DNA from: Candidatus Poribacteria bacterium
Lineage (GTDB): Bacteria > Poribacteria > WGA-4E > WGA-3G
DNA: 64,000 nucleotides
Direction: 5' to 3'
Assembly (NCBI GenBank): GCA_965215265.1
Contig: OZ244048.1
Location: forward strand, 1-64,000
In this document: in pieces, positions 9,804-21,963 of the stretch
Layout: each line of letters opens with the position of its first letter
How positions within the stretch are numbered: the stretch's first letter is position 1
The notes under the pieces: model-generated
Told to the model about the DNA's origin: nothing
Databases searched by the model: none
What the model saw: the letters and a program-made list of their open reading frames with translations, nothing else
Program-made: the position numbers and the translations under genes

Positions 9804-10448
9804 ATGATTGATTTTAAACTGTATGCTATCACGGACAGGTACTGTTGCGCCCCAACTCCACTATTTGATGTCATCCTCCAATTGCTGGATGTCGGAGTGA
9901 AGTCCATCCAATTGCGCGAAAAGGCATTAGATGATGCAGCTTTGTACAAACTGGCAAAACCGATTGCGGAACGGTGTAATCTTTATGGCGCAGCCCTCTT
10001 TATCAATACAAATGTAACAGTTGCACAGGATGTAGGTGCTGCCGGTGTTCATTTACCTGCGTATACAGGTTCTGTTGAAGCAGTGAAAGAGCAACTAGGA
10101 GTGTGTCGAGTCGGATGTTCAATCCACAATTTTGAGGAGGCAGAAAGACGTGAACAGGAAGAGGCAGATTTCATGACGTATAGTCCGATCTATCCAACAC
10201 GAAGCAAGCCGGGATATCGTCCTGCACTCGGTGTGGAGAATCTCGCCGCCTTGATAGAACAAGTTAAGCTGCCCATTTTTGCGCTCGGTGGAATTACACC
10301 AGATCGGGTTGCTGCATGCATGGACGCAGGTGCCTCCGGGATAGCGGTTATGTCAGGTCTGATGTCTGACACCGATGCCGCGGTACAAGCATCCGCCTAT
10401 CTCAATGCTTTGCGTTCCGTTCCGAAGGGTCAAGTCAGCGGAAAATGA
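9804..10448 (+). CDS. thiE: Thiamine phosphate synthase
   Basis: LYAITD, IQLREK, GVHL, SPIYPTRSKPG, ALGGIT. Confidence 0.9.
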   Translation: MIDFKLYAITDRYCCAPTPLFDVILQLLDVGVKSIQLREKALDDAALYKLAKPIAERCNLYGAALFINTNVTVAQDVGAAGVHLPAYTGSVEAVKEQLGVCRVGCSIHNFEEAERREQEEADFMTYSPIYPTRSKPGYRPALGVENLAALIEQVKLPIFALGGITPDRVAACMDAGASGIAVMSGLMSDTDAAVQASAYLNALRSVPKGQVSGK

Positions 10449-11230
10449 AACAGATTTTAACAATTGCAGGCTCAGATTCGGGGGGTGGCGCGGGGATACA
10501 GGCAGATATCAAGGCGATTTCCGCAAACGGTGGGTTCGCCATGTCCGCCATAACCTCTGTGACTGCCCAGAATACCGTCGCAGTTACAGAAGCATTTGAA
10601 CTACCGGTGTCGTTGATTGAAGCGCAGCTAGATGCTGTGTTTACTGATTTTGAGGTAGCCAGTGTCAAAACAGGGATGCTTTCTTCGTCAGCGATTGTGG
10701 AAACGGTAGCACGCAAATTGTCTGAATACACGCCTCCAATACTCGTTATAGATCCAGTGATGATTTCTAAAAGTGAATTCCCGCTTTTGAAGACTGAAGC
10801 GATTGAGAACCTTAAAAGGTCGCTGATTCCCCTCGCCACAGTGATTACCCCCAACATTTACGAGGCAGAGTTACTCGCACAACAGAATATCAAAGATATT
10901 GAGGAAGCCAAAGCCGCGGCAACAGCCATTGCTGATTTAGGCTGTGACGCGGTGCTTGTAAAGGGCGGACATCTGCCAGAAAAGCAAGCCACTGATGTAC
11001 TCTATTGGCAAGACGAGTGGACGTTGTTTGAAGCAGAAAGGATTAACACCAAAAATACACATGGTACTGGCTGTACCTATGCAGCTGCTATTGCCACACA
11101 TCTCGCTCACGGAAAGAACTTAGTTCAAGCGATCCGGGCAGCGAAAGCCTATCTCACCAAGGCTATTGAACAAGCGCTCGATATTGGACATGGCAGTGGG
11201 CCGACGAACCATTTCTATTTTTTAACCTAA
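10445..11230 (+). CDS. thiD: Hydroxymethylpyrimidine/phosphomethylpyrimidine kinase
   Basis: LTIAGSDSGGGAGIQAD, KTGML, DPVM, KGGH, THGTGCT. Confidence 0.96.
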   Translation: MKQILTIAGSDSGGGAGIQADIKAISANGGFAMSAITSVTAQNTVAVTEAFELPVSLIEAQLDAVFTDFEVASVKTGMLSSSAIVETVARKLSEYTPPILVIDPVMISKSEFPLLKTEAIENLKRSLIPLATVITPNIYEAELLAQQNIKDIEEAKAAATAIADLGCDAVLVKGGHLPEKQATDVLYWQDEWTLFEAERINTKNTHGTGCTYAAAIATHLAHGKNLVQAIRAAKAYLTKAIEQALDIGHGSGPTNHFYFLT

Positions 11231-11611
11231 CTATAAAGGCTTTCGACCGGAAAAACCGGTATCCATTTCATGCCAATATTGAATTTCAGGTTCACCGAAT
11301 CGCCAGCAGAGGTAAACCTCCCGGCCGTCACGCAGATGTGGGAAATCGATTAACCCGGGATCAAGTCCTTTGAGATGACAGCCTCGCGCCTCAATCCGTT
11401 GAACAGCCTGGCGAAACTGTTCTGCAGTTTGGAGAAAAAGGGGTGCTTTTTTATCGCCTCCGTTTAAGGAAATCACTTCAAAAAGCGGAGTGAGTTCCGC
11501 ATGAAGTTCCTGCAACTCGCTTTTCAGGGTTTGTAGTACTGAGATGTCCTTAACTAAGAAAGGGATGCACCGGTTCGCCTCTTCAAGCGTAAAATACCGC
11601 TTTGTCTCCAT
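11231..11611 (-). CDS. DUF2203 family protein
   Basis: RYFTLEEAN...GLIDFP...VYLCWRFGE..I.YWH....GFSGRKPL. Confidence 0.88.
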   Translation of the reverse strand: METKRYFTLEEANRCIPFLVKDISVLQTLKSELQELHAELTPLFEVISLNGGDKKAPLFLQTAEQFRQAVQRIEARGCHLKGLDPGLIDFPHLRDGREVYLCWRFGEPEIQYWHEMDTGFSGRKPL

Positions 11612-11815
11612 GGATTGTCTCCTTTCTATACTATTTCTGTTTACAATTTACACGAATTTGGGTTAATTGTCAAGCTTAATACCATTTCAGTATAAGCAGG
11701 TCTCTATAAATATTCAGAATTTAATAGTGAGGAGCCCTGCAGTGGGGGTGGCACATCTGGATGCACGGATAGCTTCTTTGCAATGCACGGTGTAACAGTA
11801 TCAAGTGGAGACGCG

Positions 11816-13468
11816 ATGGAAAACGCGAGGCAACCTTCAGAAAAACTCAATGAAAATGAAAACGTGACTCGCGCCGCCGGGATTGTTAGTCTCGCTGTGA
11901 TGCTTTCGCGTGTGTTGGGGCTCGCCCGCGAAATCGCTATACGTTACTTTTTTCGTGCTGAGTGGGGGGCGGACGCTTTTAATCTCGCGTTTCGCATCCC
12001 AAATTTTCTCCGAGACCTTTTCGGCGAAGGTATTCTGAGCAAGGCGTTTATCACGACATTTTTGGCAACAGAAATTGAAGACGGTGAAGAAGCGGCGTGG
12101 CGCTTAGCAAACCGCGTTTTTACGTTAACCTCCTTGCTCTTGTCATGCCTGATTGGACTCGGCATCGTTTTCGCCCCTGCCATCGTTAATGTGCTAACGC
12201 GCGATGGTTTTGAGACGCAATTAGACTATGTACAACACTATGGGTTTAACAGCAAAGTTGAATTGACTATCTACTTGACCCAATTGATGTGTCCTTACCT
12301 TGTCTGTGTATCGCTTGCAGCAATTGCGATGGGTTTACTCAACAGTAAGAGCAAATTTGGGGTGCCTGCATGTGCGTCCGCCTTCTTTAACATCAGTTCA
12401 CTTATTATCGGGGTGGGCGGCTACTACGTATGCACGAGGGCAGGGCTTCATCCGACGACAGGAATGGCTGTCGGGGTTGTCGTTGGCGGAATGGCCCAGC
12501 TCCTCATCCAAGTCCCCTCAATGTGGAAAGTAGGATTCCGTTACCGGCCGCAGCTGAGCCTTCGAGATGCGAGGGTTCAACAAGTTATTCAGTTAGTTGG
12601 GCCATCCGTGTTAGGGGTTGCAGCGCTACAGGTTAATCTGTTTGTCAATACGCACTTTATCACATCAGAGAAGGCATGGTTGACATGGAATACGAGTGCC
12701 TACCGAGTGATGCATCTGCCGATTGGAATTTTCGGCGTTGCCATTTCAACCGTCGCGCTTCCGCAATTAGCTAGGTTCGTAACGGCAGGGGATACCGCGA
12801 ATTTTCGCAATGCACTCTCGTATGCATTACGCTTGATGCTAACGTTAACGATACCAGCTGCCATTGGTTTGATGGTGTTGGCAGAGCCGATATGTCGCTT
12901 GCTTTATGAACGGGGTGCTACAAATGAAGTCGACACGAGCGCAACCGCGAGTATCTTGTTTGTTTATGCTTTTGGGTTGTGTGGGTTCTCTGCCGTTAAG
13001 ATTGTGACAGACGGGTTTTATGCTTACAAAGACCTACGCGCCCCGGTTATCGTCAGCATTGGCACAGTTGCACTCAATATCGGCCTGAATTATCTATTTA
13101 TTTACCAAGAACTCTTTTTAGACCATCGTGCGGTGGCACTGTCAACTGCTTTCACCGTCACTCTAAACTTTTCCGTTTTACTGCTGATGCTACATCGTAA
13201 AGTTGGCGGTTTAGGGCTCCGTCCGCTTATCCGGCTGACGACGAAAATCTTAACTGCTACCACTGTGATGGGGTTTGTGTGTTGGATTACAAACGGAACT
13301 ATTGAGCAGGACTGGCTCGGTACGGAAGGGCTTCTCACGCGACTCGTCGGAGTGTTTGGCCCAATAATGTTCGGTATACTTGCCCTCGGGACGATGTATA
13401 AAATACTAAAGGTTCCAGAATTTGCAGATATTTCGCGACTTTTACGACTTCAAACACGTAAAAAATAG
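11816..13468 (+). CDS. murJ: Lipid II flippase MurJ (MviN)
   Basis: [45 protein letters not shown]; many TM segments; start 11816 chosen by RBS. Confidence 0.95.
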   Translation: MENARQPSEKLNENENVTRAAGIVSLAVMLSRVLGLAREIAIRYFFRAEWGADAFNLAFRIPNFLRDLFGEGILSKAFITTFLATEIEDGEEAAWRLANRVFTLTSLLLSCLIGLGIVFAPAIVNVLTRDGFETQLDYVQHYGFNSKVELTIYLTQLMCPYLVCVSLAAIAMGLLNSKSKFGVPACASAFFNISSLIIGVGGYYVCTRAGLHPTTGMAVGVVVGGMAQLLIQVPSMWKVGFRYRPQLSLRDARVQQVIQLVGPSVLGVAALQVNLFVNTHFITSEKAWLTWNTSAYRVMHLPIGIFGVAISTVALPQLARFVTAGDTANFRNALSYALRLMLTLTIPAAIGLMVLAEPICRLLYERGATNEVDTSATASILFVYAFGLCGFSAVKIVTDGFYAYKDLRAPVIVSIGTVALNIGLNYLFIYQELFLDHRAVALSTAFTVTLNFSVLLLMLHRKVGGLGLRPLIRLTTKILTATTVMGFVCWITNGTIEQDWLGTEGLLTRLVGVFGPIMFGILALGTMYKILKVPEFADISRLLRLQTRKK

Positions 13469-13508
13469 AGACAATATTGGCAACCTTGTCTACAATACTG
13501 GAGGTACG

Positions 13509-14288
13509 ATGCTAACCAAACGGATAATTCCATGTTTAGATGTACGTGCCGGGAAAGTGACTAAAGGCATTGCTTTCAAAGGCAACGTTGATGTCGGTGA
13601 CCCGGTGGAGATGGCGCGATTTTACTATGAAGGGGGCGCTGATGAGTTAGTCTTCTATGATATTACGGCTAGCAATGAACGCCGCGATATTATGATTGAG
13701 GTCGTCTCGGCTGTTGCCGCCGAAATCTTCATCCCTTTTTCTGTCGGCGGCGGATTGCGAACGCTGGAGGAGATGCGCAGAGTACTCCTCGCTGGTGCAG
13801 AAAAGGTGAGTATTGACTCCGGGGCAGTGCGAAACCCGAAACTCATCGCAGAAGGTGCGCAGGCATTCGGTAGTCAGTGCATCGTGTTGAGCATGCAAGT
13901 AAAACGCGTGCCCAAAAGTGAACAGATTCCGAGCGGCTATGAAATTTATATTGATGGCGGAAGGAAACCTGTCGGCTGGGATGCTCTCGAATGGGCGGTA
14001 CGAGGAGTAGATATGGGGGCAGGTGAAATTGTTGTCAATAGTATTGATGCAGACGGCACTAAAGCTGGGTATGAACTTACGTTGACCGGTGCAATCGCCA
14101 ATCTGGTACCGGTCCCTATTATCGCATCTGGAGGTGCCGGAAATCCACAACACCTGCGCGATGTCTTTGTTGAAAGCGGGGCTGATGCCGCGATTGTGGC
14201 TTCTATCACACACTACGGCGAATTCACAATCGAAAACATCAAAACTTATTTAGAAACAGAAGGCGTTAGCGTGCGAGATACGTGGTAG
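13509..14288 (+). CDS. hisF: Imidazole glycerol phosphate synthase cyclase subunit
   Basis: [42 protein letters not shown]. Confidence 0.97.
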   Translation: MLTKRIIPCLDVRAGKVTKGIAFKGNVDVGDPVEMARFYYEGGADELVFYDITASNERRDIMIEVVSAVAAEIFIPFSVGGGLRTLEEMRRVLLAGAEKVSIDSGAVRNPKLIAEGAQAFGSQCIVLSMQVKRVPKSEQIPSGYEIYIDGGRKPVGWDALEWAVRGVDMGAGEIVVNSIDADGTKAGYELTLTGAIANLVPVPIIASGGAGNPQHLRDVFVESGADAAIVASITHYGEFTIENIKTYLETEGVSVRDTW

Positions 14289-14556
14289 ATGAAAAATTCA
14301 ATCGATGAACACCAACGTGGCCCTCTAGGACAATGGTAGGCGTGTCGGCAAAACTATCTGCCGATGATAGACATCTGCCGATTTTTGAAAAAAGACATGC
14401 ATCCGCTCAATATACCGGATGCCTTTCCGCCGCTGCTGATGCGTCGTCAGTGGGACACAGACAATCTCATCCAGCGACGTATAACCGCGGAGACTTCTGC
14501 CTCTATTTTGCACTAGATGTGCAATCCCAGCGGCAATCGCGTCATGACATTTCATG

Positions 14557-16533
14557 CTATAGATAAGGCTTCATATCCCACAGCAGGATAGTGCCGTCAA
14601 AACTACCACTCGCTAATAACGTGCCATCGGGCGAAAACACCAAATCTTGCACATCCGTCGAGTGGCCCCAGAACGTCGCAACATTCTCACCCGTCGCAAT
14701 ATCCCACAACCGGATCGACACTTTATCCGTGCCTTGCCACCAAGAACCGGAGGCAAGATACTGACCGCACGGAGAAAAGGCTAACGCAAATGGATAATAA
14801 CACCCCAACGGTAAAAGAATGGACATTCGGATGTCATAAGTTGTCGCATCCCACAAGCGTATCTCTCGAAAGCACCCACCTGCGATGAAGTCGCCACAAG
14901 GGGAAAAGGCGAGTGCCTCGATCCAGTTTGGGCGCGGTTGAGGCACGGCTTTGGCACGTGAGTTACGCCGTTTTTGAATTTCACCAGTATCCCCTTTATA
15001 TAGGCACGCATCTAATAACGGAGTTAAGACGAGCGAGACAACCTCTTCCCCTGATGCAACATCCCACACCCGCGCCGTTTTATCCCTTGACGCACTCGCA
15101 AGATGCTTCTCATCCGGAGAGAACGCCAGGGACTGAATAGACTCGGTATGCCCTCTGCAGGCCGTCTGTTTCCCAGAACCATCCCACACATACACTGTCC
15201 CTTCTACATCTCCACTTGCCCAAAGCCCACTTGTGGGGGAAAATGCCACTTCATTTACACTTTTCTCATGAGCCTTGAGTGTCGCAATGGTTTCGTTGGT
15301 TTCAACATTCCACACACGGAGCGTGCTTCCCGATTTGCCCTGGGTGCCCAGTGCCTGTCTGCTGCCATCCGGGGAAAAAGAGAGCGAACGGACGCGTGTT
15401 TGGGCACGGCAGATACGCCGAGGTTGTTTTGTCGCTACATCCCAACAGGTGGCAAGTCCGGAGCCGACACTTGTCAAGGTCTTCCCATCAGGTGAGAATA
15501 TCAGAGAAACGGGGATGTGAGTGTGCCCAGAAATAGAAGAAACCTGATGAGCGGTATCCGCAATCCATACTTTGAAATCAGAGTGGCTTACGACGGCCAG
15601 ATGTGTGCCATTTGAAAAGCACATCGCACTAGTGTTCCCACGATGTTCAAACGTGGCCAGCTTCTCATCGCGTTCCACATTCCACACGGTGATGGTAGAT
15701 TCATTAACCCCGGCAGCAAGCAAGGCACCCGATAGAGAATAGGAAGGAATTACCGGATACTTTTCAGTATACTCAGAGGGCCCTCTCACCGTTTTTGCAG
15801 TGACGACATCCCAGACTCGTAAGATGCCTAACTTGTCTCCGGAGGCAAGGAATCGACCACAAGGTGAAAAGGAGAGGGCATATACATACTCCGTATGCCC
15901 TCTGAGACAGGCAATGCGTTCACTAGTATTCACATGCCACACCGAGATAAAATCAGCGGTTTGATAGGTGTCATCGGGACTTGCACATGCCAAAAGGCTG
16001 CCATCAGGTGAAAAGGTAAGGGGTACAGCAGCTCTACAGCTGGGATAAGCCGTGTTGCCTTTGAATTGGGCAATCTCTCCGGTCTTTGGGCCCCAGATGG
16101 AAACAATCGCGTCTCGTTGGCTGGATGCAGCGAGCTGCTGTCCAGCCGGTGAAAAAACGATTTGGGAAATCTTATTTCGTTCCCCGGGCTGCTCGAACTG
16201 AGCTATACAGGCACCGGTTAGAACGTCCCATACCTTAACAATACCATCCCAATTGCCAGTAGCTAGCCACCTACCACAGGATGAAAAAGCAACAGCAGAA
16301 ACCAGGCCACGTTCTGTTTCCCACAATGCAATAGGAGACATTGTCGATAGTTCATACCACCAGAGACCGAGACGAGTTCCTACAATGAGGTACGTCCCCT
16401 CTGGTGAAAAGGTAATATCCTGGACCCACCCGCGCCCCAATCGGGCAATTGCCCCCTTGGGGAGTGCCCATGTAGTGACATTCTTGTTTCTGTTTGCACT
16501 GTGTCTCGGAATCTGGAGTATTTGATGTTTCAC
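14557..16533 (-). CDS. WD40 repeat protein
   Basis: Many FSPDG..LAS.S.D...R.WD repeats; LPKGAIARLGRG N-terminal motif. Confidence 0.92.
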   Translation of the reverse strand: MKHQILQIPRHSANRNKNVTTWALPKGAIARLGRGWVQDITFSPEGTYLIVGTRLGLWWYELSTMSPIALWETERGLVSAVAFSSCGRWLATGNWDGIVKVWDVLTGACIAQFEQPGERNKISQIVFSPAGQQLAASSQRDAIVSIWGPKTGEIAQFKGNTAYPSCRAAVPLTFSPDGSLLACASPDDTYQTADFISVWHVNTSERIACLRGHTEYVYALSFSPCGRFLASGDKLGILRVWDVVTAKTVRGPSEYTEKYPVIPSYSLSGALLAAGVNESTITVWNVERDEKLATFEHRGNTSAMCFSNGTHLAVVSHSDFKVWIADTAHQVSSISGHTHIPVSLIFSPDGKTLTSVGSGLATCWDVATKQPRRICRAQTRVRSLSFSPDGSRQALGTQGKSGSTLRVWNVETNETIATLKAHEKSVNEVAFSPTSGLWASGDVEGTVYVWDGSGKQTACRGHTESIQSLAFSPDEKHLASASRDKTARVWDVASGEEVVSLVLTPLLDACLYKGDTGEIQKRRNSRAKAVPQPRPNWIEALAFSPCGDFIAGGCFREIRLWDATTYDIRMSILLPLGCYYPFALAFSPCGQYLASGSWWQGTDKVSIRLWDIATGENVATFWGHSTDVQDLVFSPDGTLLASGSFDGTILLWDMKPYL

Positions 16534-16620
16534 CTAATCCCTCCCTTTTTGAATGACATAAACCTGGCTTTGCAGGGCGGTAGGACAGACAGGCCGACCT
16601 TCGCACCGGCGAGTTTCTCG

Positions 16621-16657
16621 AAAACAGCGGCAAGAAAACCGAGACAGCCTGCCACCG
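16621..16657 (-). terminator. Possible intrinsic terminator downstream of the methyltransferase
   Basis: Minus strand CGGTGGCAGG...CTTGCCGCTG stem with G-U pairs, followed by TTTT. Confidence 0.4.
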
Positions 16658-16703
16658 GACAGTGTGCTAAAATGGTACCTTGTTCGCGTTTCAATTGACT
16701 CCG

Positions 16704-19700
16704 TCACTTTCCCAATCCCATCCGATACTTGATGTCGTAGTTGAGGATGAAATCTAATTCCTCATCCGTAAAACCGTAGTGTTGTGCAAGCACATGGTCA
16801 ATTTTGTCTATGATGGATTTGGAATGACGCGGGTGAAACTCATCATAGACAACACGCCCGGTGGTTTTGTAGGTTGTCTTCTTGCGGATTGCATGATAAC
16901 GATAATCCTCCATCAGTTCCGCTGCTATTTCGCATAGCCGGGCTATTTTTCTCTTATCCATTTCTTTGGGATTAAAAGGAAAATTGACGATTTCTCGCAT
17001 ATTGAGAGATCGGCAATCTGAACGGATGAGGAACCACCAATAGAACAAAGAACTGTTCATTGTAGCTGCAACAACGGCTGCCTCGAGTGCGGTTGTTAAA
17101 TATAGAGATTTGAGATGTGTTGATATTTTTTCTCCGTCTCGTTCGTTCCAAAAGTAAGGCACGAAATCCATTGCCCGAATCCAATAGCGCGGTGAATTAT
17201 GGAAATAGATTGTGTAGGGGGCCCGTCTCGTAATGAGATGCGTCTCTAATATTGAGAATTGAGCCAGTTTTTTCCAGATGCTTTGTTCAATGGCGCTGTG
17301 AACCTTGGGAACCGAATTTTCAAACGGCATCTGTGTGACATCTGTATATTCCATAAGGGCGAAGAGATGTTCGCGAAACGGTTCATGCCATCTGTTGTAG
17401 CGCGTCGCGTATAACGCTGGAGAGGGTTGTGAGCTCTGTTGAACGATATAGATTGCTAAACGTTGATTTGCTTCAAGAAACAATTTGGTGGGACTGGTCC
17501 CGTATGTTGAAATCCACCCAACTGGCTTGGAACGATGAAATAGAGCTTGAAGAGGTGCCATTCTATCTGTACAGTATGCGGAGTGTGGAATTATCATCGA
17601 TTTCCAACCGCTCTTTTGAAGCAGCTGGAAACTCCTTTCAAACACAAACGCATAAAGATTGCCGCAACTCTCTGTCTCATATCCCTTGATGGTGTACTCT
17701 TTCTTCACCTTGCTATATTCCACATACGGCGGATTGCCAATAATCACATCGAACCCGCCCTTCTTGAGGATGCCGTAAAACGCGATGAACCAATGGAACG
17801 GTTTATGTGAAGAAAGCCACGCCTGATAAGCAGCGTCACCTATAATTTCTCTATTTCCCCCCCCCTTCCACTATACATTTGTGTAGTCTTCACACCGTAT
17901 TCTCCCGCAAGGTACTGATTCAGTTCGGACCCTAACTCCTTCAGTTTACCCTGCAACTTCTGTTTGTCAGACGGGTTCACTGTCCCGCCCAACGCGGTTT
18001 GCTGCTGGCGAAACAGGGCAAACAACTCTTCAACGTCCTCGGCGCGTGCTTGAATCCGCCCCATCGTGTCGTCAAAGTCTAATTTACCGGTGACGGCTTT
18101 TTCTACCTCCTCATAAGTCGCATAGCCGACGAGTGTGTTGCCTGCCTGCACATTAAAGTCTATGTCCGGCAGCGGTTCAATCTGCCTCACATTTTCAATC
18201 TGCGCCACCAGTTTCAGGAACATCCGCAGCTTGCAAATCTCAACAGCCTCGTCCATAATGTCTACCCCGTAAAGGTTGTTGACGATGATGGATTTAAGGA
18301 TAAAATAGCGGCGGTTAGGGTGCTGCTGGATACGCTCAAGCAGTTGTCGGAAGTCGGTATATTTACGGGAGTGGTGCGCTTCCTCGTCCAAGAAAGCCTG
18401 CATCCGATTTAGGCACGCCTCATAGAGCGGCTCTAAGATGTTGAGTGCCGCAAATAGAAACGCACCTGAACCGCACGTCGGATCCAGCACAGTTAGCTGC
18501 GTCATCGCTTTCCAAAACGCGCGGAGTAGTTCGGGGCCCTCGCAATTCTCAATCACGTCTTGCGCGAATTGACGAATGTTCAGGTTGTCTGTTATCAGTG
18601 CGTTGATGTCCCTTATTTCGCCATTTGCGAGTTTAGTGCGGACGGTTTCGTAACGTTGCCGGCGTGCTACAACTTCCCGCCAAATGTCCGTCGGCAACCC
18701 GTATTCAGCAGGGGACAACGTGTTCCATTCCTTGCGTTTAGTGGGCTCGTTGATACCGACAGCGATTTCTGGCGGAAGGGCTCGCTTGACACCGTGTTTC
18801 ACCGCATCGTAGACGTAGCGCTCAGGCTCCGCTTGTAGCAGCTGCCACACGGACGTGTCCCCTTCAAACGCGATTCTACACGAACGCCGCGCCGCATCAA
18901 ATAGGAACGGAAGCATCGTATTTTTGCTGATATATTCCGTTATGTCCTCTTTCGTGTAGTAGGCACCCATCTGCTTCTGGTTAATGTACTTTTCAAAGAT
19001 GTAACCCAGCACATCAGGGTTTATCTCGTTATCGTTTCGCAGCGGGCGTTCATCTAGATGCCACTGGTAACGTTCAAAGAAGGTGAAAATCTGTTCAAAA
19101 GCCGCGTCTGGAATCTCAATCTTTTCCCCGTGAAGTTTTTCAATCTCGTGTTTTTGAAAGATGCCGCCGTTGAGGTATGGGATGTTTCCGAGCAAGCGGT
19201 GCATCTCTCGGCTGCGTTCCGCTTCCGGTTTCGCAAACCCTTCAAAGAAGAGCGGACAGAGGAAGTGTTTGTAGTATCTATTAGTTTGGGGGTGCGCGGT
19301 GTCTGCAGCACTAGCTGCTTGGTTCTCTGCCAGTTTGGTGCGTAGATAGTTGTCGTCGTTATCGAGGAACCCCTTCTTTTGGATGAAGTAGATGAACATC
19401 AAGCGATTGAGCATCACAGAGGCATACCCGCGCTGCATCTCTTCATCAGGAATCCCTTTGAGGAAGGCGAGAAAGGCGGCGTGTTCCCTTTTGAACTGCT
19501 CATAAAAGCGTTTGGTGACTTTTTCAACGTCGAAGCCTGCCTGAACACGTCCAGTCACGTCTGGCAGTGTGAGTTGTTCTTCCTCCGCCAAGCTAAAAGC
19601 GATGGTTTGCAGTTTTTGGAGTAGCGAGTCGCCAGATTGTGTTATCTGATACCGATGTTCCCGAGAAGCAGTGGGTTTGCCTGTCTCGTGTTTGAGCCAC

Positions 19701-20008
19701 TGCCATATCTGTGTGTTTTTCTCTGCGTCCGTGTAGATAATAAAGTGTTCGTGTACAGATTTGGCGACGTGTCGTTGAATGCTACGGCGTGTTGCGTAAT
19801 CGGGGGGATGTCCTTCCGTTTCGGTTGCCGGTAGACATTCAAACACTACCAGGCCGCGTTTCTGGGCGATGGCGGTGAGTTGATAGTCGGTTTCATCTAC
19901 CGTGACGGTGAGGGTTTGGGCATGCGCATCCCAACCGAGTTCATTAAAGAGGCGTTCGAAGTCGAATGCTTTCAGGTGTTGACGTATCTCTGGAAGATTG
20001 ATTTGCAT
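16704..20008 (-). pseudogene. Eco57I/type IIG-like N6-adenine DNA methyltransferase, frameshifted at a G9 tract (1101 aa if one G is added)
   Basis: ORF 20008-17840 has PYLNGG, GAYYT and VLDPTCGSGAFL (motif I); the -1 frame reads ...HKPFHWFIAFYGILKKGGFDVIIGNPPY (motif IV) through to 16704. Confidence 0.9.
17857..17865 (-). repeat. G9 homopolymer at the methyltransferase frameshift
   Basis: C9 on the plus strand; lies within the ~30 nt window where both reading frames are open. Confidence 0.9.
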
Positions 20009-20288
20009 CGGTGTTTCCTTGTGAAACCTCTATCTAGCAAAATATGATAGGACGCGCTGTCTCTTGCACGTTTGGGAACCTCCAAATGCAGAGAGATTCC
20101 CCAATGATTTTTAATCGTTATCAAAGCGCACCGAGCGACGGTGTTCGGTTAATTCTAAAACTTTACTATAAGTCCCTTTATTTCTCTGAGTGGTAATTAG
20201 GCGCTTCCTCATAAAAAGTCAGCAAATTTACACAAATCTATTTTTTCTTGTAAGATTATACAAAATAGAGAGAAGCTTTCATGATTGT

Positions 20289-21179
20289 TTAGTTATCCAC
20301 GAACAACCTGTTCCAATCGTGATGAGATGTGGCAACCCGTTCAGGAGTTAACTGACTGCGAGCAACGAAGCCCGGAACATTTTCCCTGCCAGTTGGTAGA
20401 CCTAATTGGCTATAGCGTGTATCAACACTCCATCTAACGGTGTCTCCAAGGTTTGGTAGCCCTCGATGAACGACTCGTTCACTTGTTAGCAAAACGTCAC
20501 CGACATCTAATTCTGCCGTGACGATGTCACCAGGCGGTAATTCAACTTCACTAATACCTTTCCCCCCAGTATGACTAGGTGTCTGGTCTTGATAGTTATG
20601 CGCGATGAGGTTGAAGCGATGTGAACCGCGAATCACTTGCATACACCCATTTTGGGCAGTTGCTTTTACTAGTGGAAGCCAGACATTGACAACCAATGTA
20701 TCGCCTGCTTCCTCGGGTATGAGATACGCCAAATCTTGATGCCACGGAATGACAGTAATTTCTTGATTTGGCAATTTGGCGCGAAAATTAAACTGCGGAT
20801 GCGCAAAAATTTCATCGCCTATCAGGGATGCAACGACATCAAGTAACTGAATGGCTGTTCTCAGGGTAAACATGCCGGCTGTTCGTATTTTCTGGTCTCG
20901 AAAATAGTTTCGCCAGATCCAATTTGTGTCCGAACACGCCTCGGATACCTTTGCCAATCGGGTTTCAAATGGTGCATCCTTAAACGTATCCCACGGCTTG
21001 AGGATGCCTTCTTTGACTGCAGCCTGAGTCCCTTTTTCGACTTGCTCTGCTAACTCATCAATTAACGGTTGAAGCGTTCGGTTCGGAAGCAGCCCTTTGA
21101 TAAACAGAAAACCATCGGCATGAAATTGCTGCTTCTGCCGCACTGTAAGTCCGCGGTGCTGATGTCTTTGTATAGACAT
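20289..21179 (-). CDS. Phytanoyl-CoA dioxygenase (PhyH) family protein
   Basis: F..DGFL, PWHQD, VWLPL, GCMQVIRGSH, VHRG..N...VRWS. Confidence 0.9.
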   Translation of the reverse strand: MSIQRHQHRGLTVRQKQQFHADGFLFIKGLLPNRTLQPLIDELAEQVEKGTQAAVKEGILKPWDTFKDAPFETRLAKVSEACSDTNWIWRNYFRDQKIRTAGMFTLRTAIQLLDVVASLIGDEIFAHPQFNFRAKLPNQEITVIPWHQDLAYLIPEEAGDTLVVNVWLPLVKATAQNGCMQVIRGSHRFNLIAHNYQDQTPSHTGGKGISEVELPPGDIVTAELDVGDVLLTSERVVHRGLPNLGDTVRWSVDTRYSQLGLPTGRENVPGFVARSQLTPERVATSHHDWNRLFVDN

Positions 21180-21228
21180 TGCTTATCTCCGTTTTGAATT
21201 GCGGTTTGCATCCGAGAAAACCTAAGTT

Positions 21229-21963
21229 TCAATCTAATAAAGAGGCGGAACCTGCATCCAAATATACCGTGCAATCTGGATGCGTTTGCAAGATAGACGC
21301 AGGATGCATTGGCGTTACCTCACCTTTTAAGCAGTTGCGAACTGCTTCCGCTTTTCGTTCATCAGGAACGGTGCAAATAATCGTCTTCGACTTCATAATT
21401 TGGCAGATGGACATGGAAATGGCGCGGGATGGTACTTCGTCAAGTCCTGAGAACCAGCCTTCTCCTACCTGCTGTAGACGGCACGCTTCATCCAACTCAA
21501 CTATAATATACGGTTCATCGATTTCAAAATTCGCAGGTGGGTCGTTAAAAGCGAGGTGCCCATTTTCACCGATGCCGACAAAAGCGACATCAATCTGATG
21601 TGTCGAGATAATTTCGCTGAGCCGTGCGCATTCTGCGTGCGGTTCATCAGCTTCGCCCCTCAGAAAATGCACGGTTCCGGGATGGGCAACGTCGACAAGC
21701 CTTTCTCGCAAATACTTGCGAAAACTCGCCGGGTGCGTCTCTGGAATTCCGAGGTACTCATCCAGATGGAACATCGTCGTTTTGTCCCAGTCGATTGCCT
21801 TGTCCGCGGTGAGCGCGGATAGAAAATCGAATTGCGAAGCACCGGTTGCGACGATGAAGCTAGCACATCCATTTTTAACTATCGCCTCGCGTAGTTTTGT
21901 GCTTGCAGCTTTTGCCGCTGCTTCACTGGTTTCTCGTTTCGTTGCCGCTTTAAAAATGTTCAT
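21229..21963 (-). CDS. nagB: Glucosamine-6-phosphate deaminase/isomerase family protein
   Basis: [36 protein letters not shown]; start 21963 overlaps the MOSC stop. Confidence 0.85.
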   Translation of the reverse strand: MNIFKAATKRETSEAAAKAASTKLREAIVKNGCASFIVATGASQFDFLSALTADKAIDWDKTTMFHLDEYLGIPETHPASFRKYLRERLVDVAHPGTVHFLRGEADEPHAECARLSEIISTHQIDVAFVGIGENGHLAFNDPPANFEIDEPYIIVELDEACRLQQVGEGWFSGLDEVPSRAISMSICQIMKSKTIICTVPDERKAEAVRNCLKGEVTPMHPASILQTHPDCTVYLDAGSASLLD

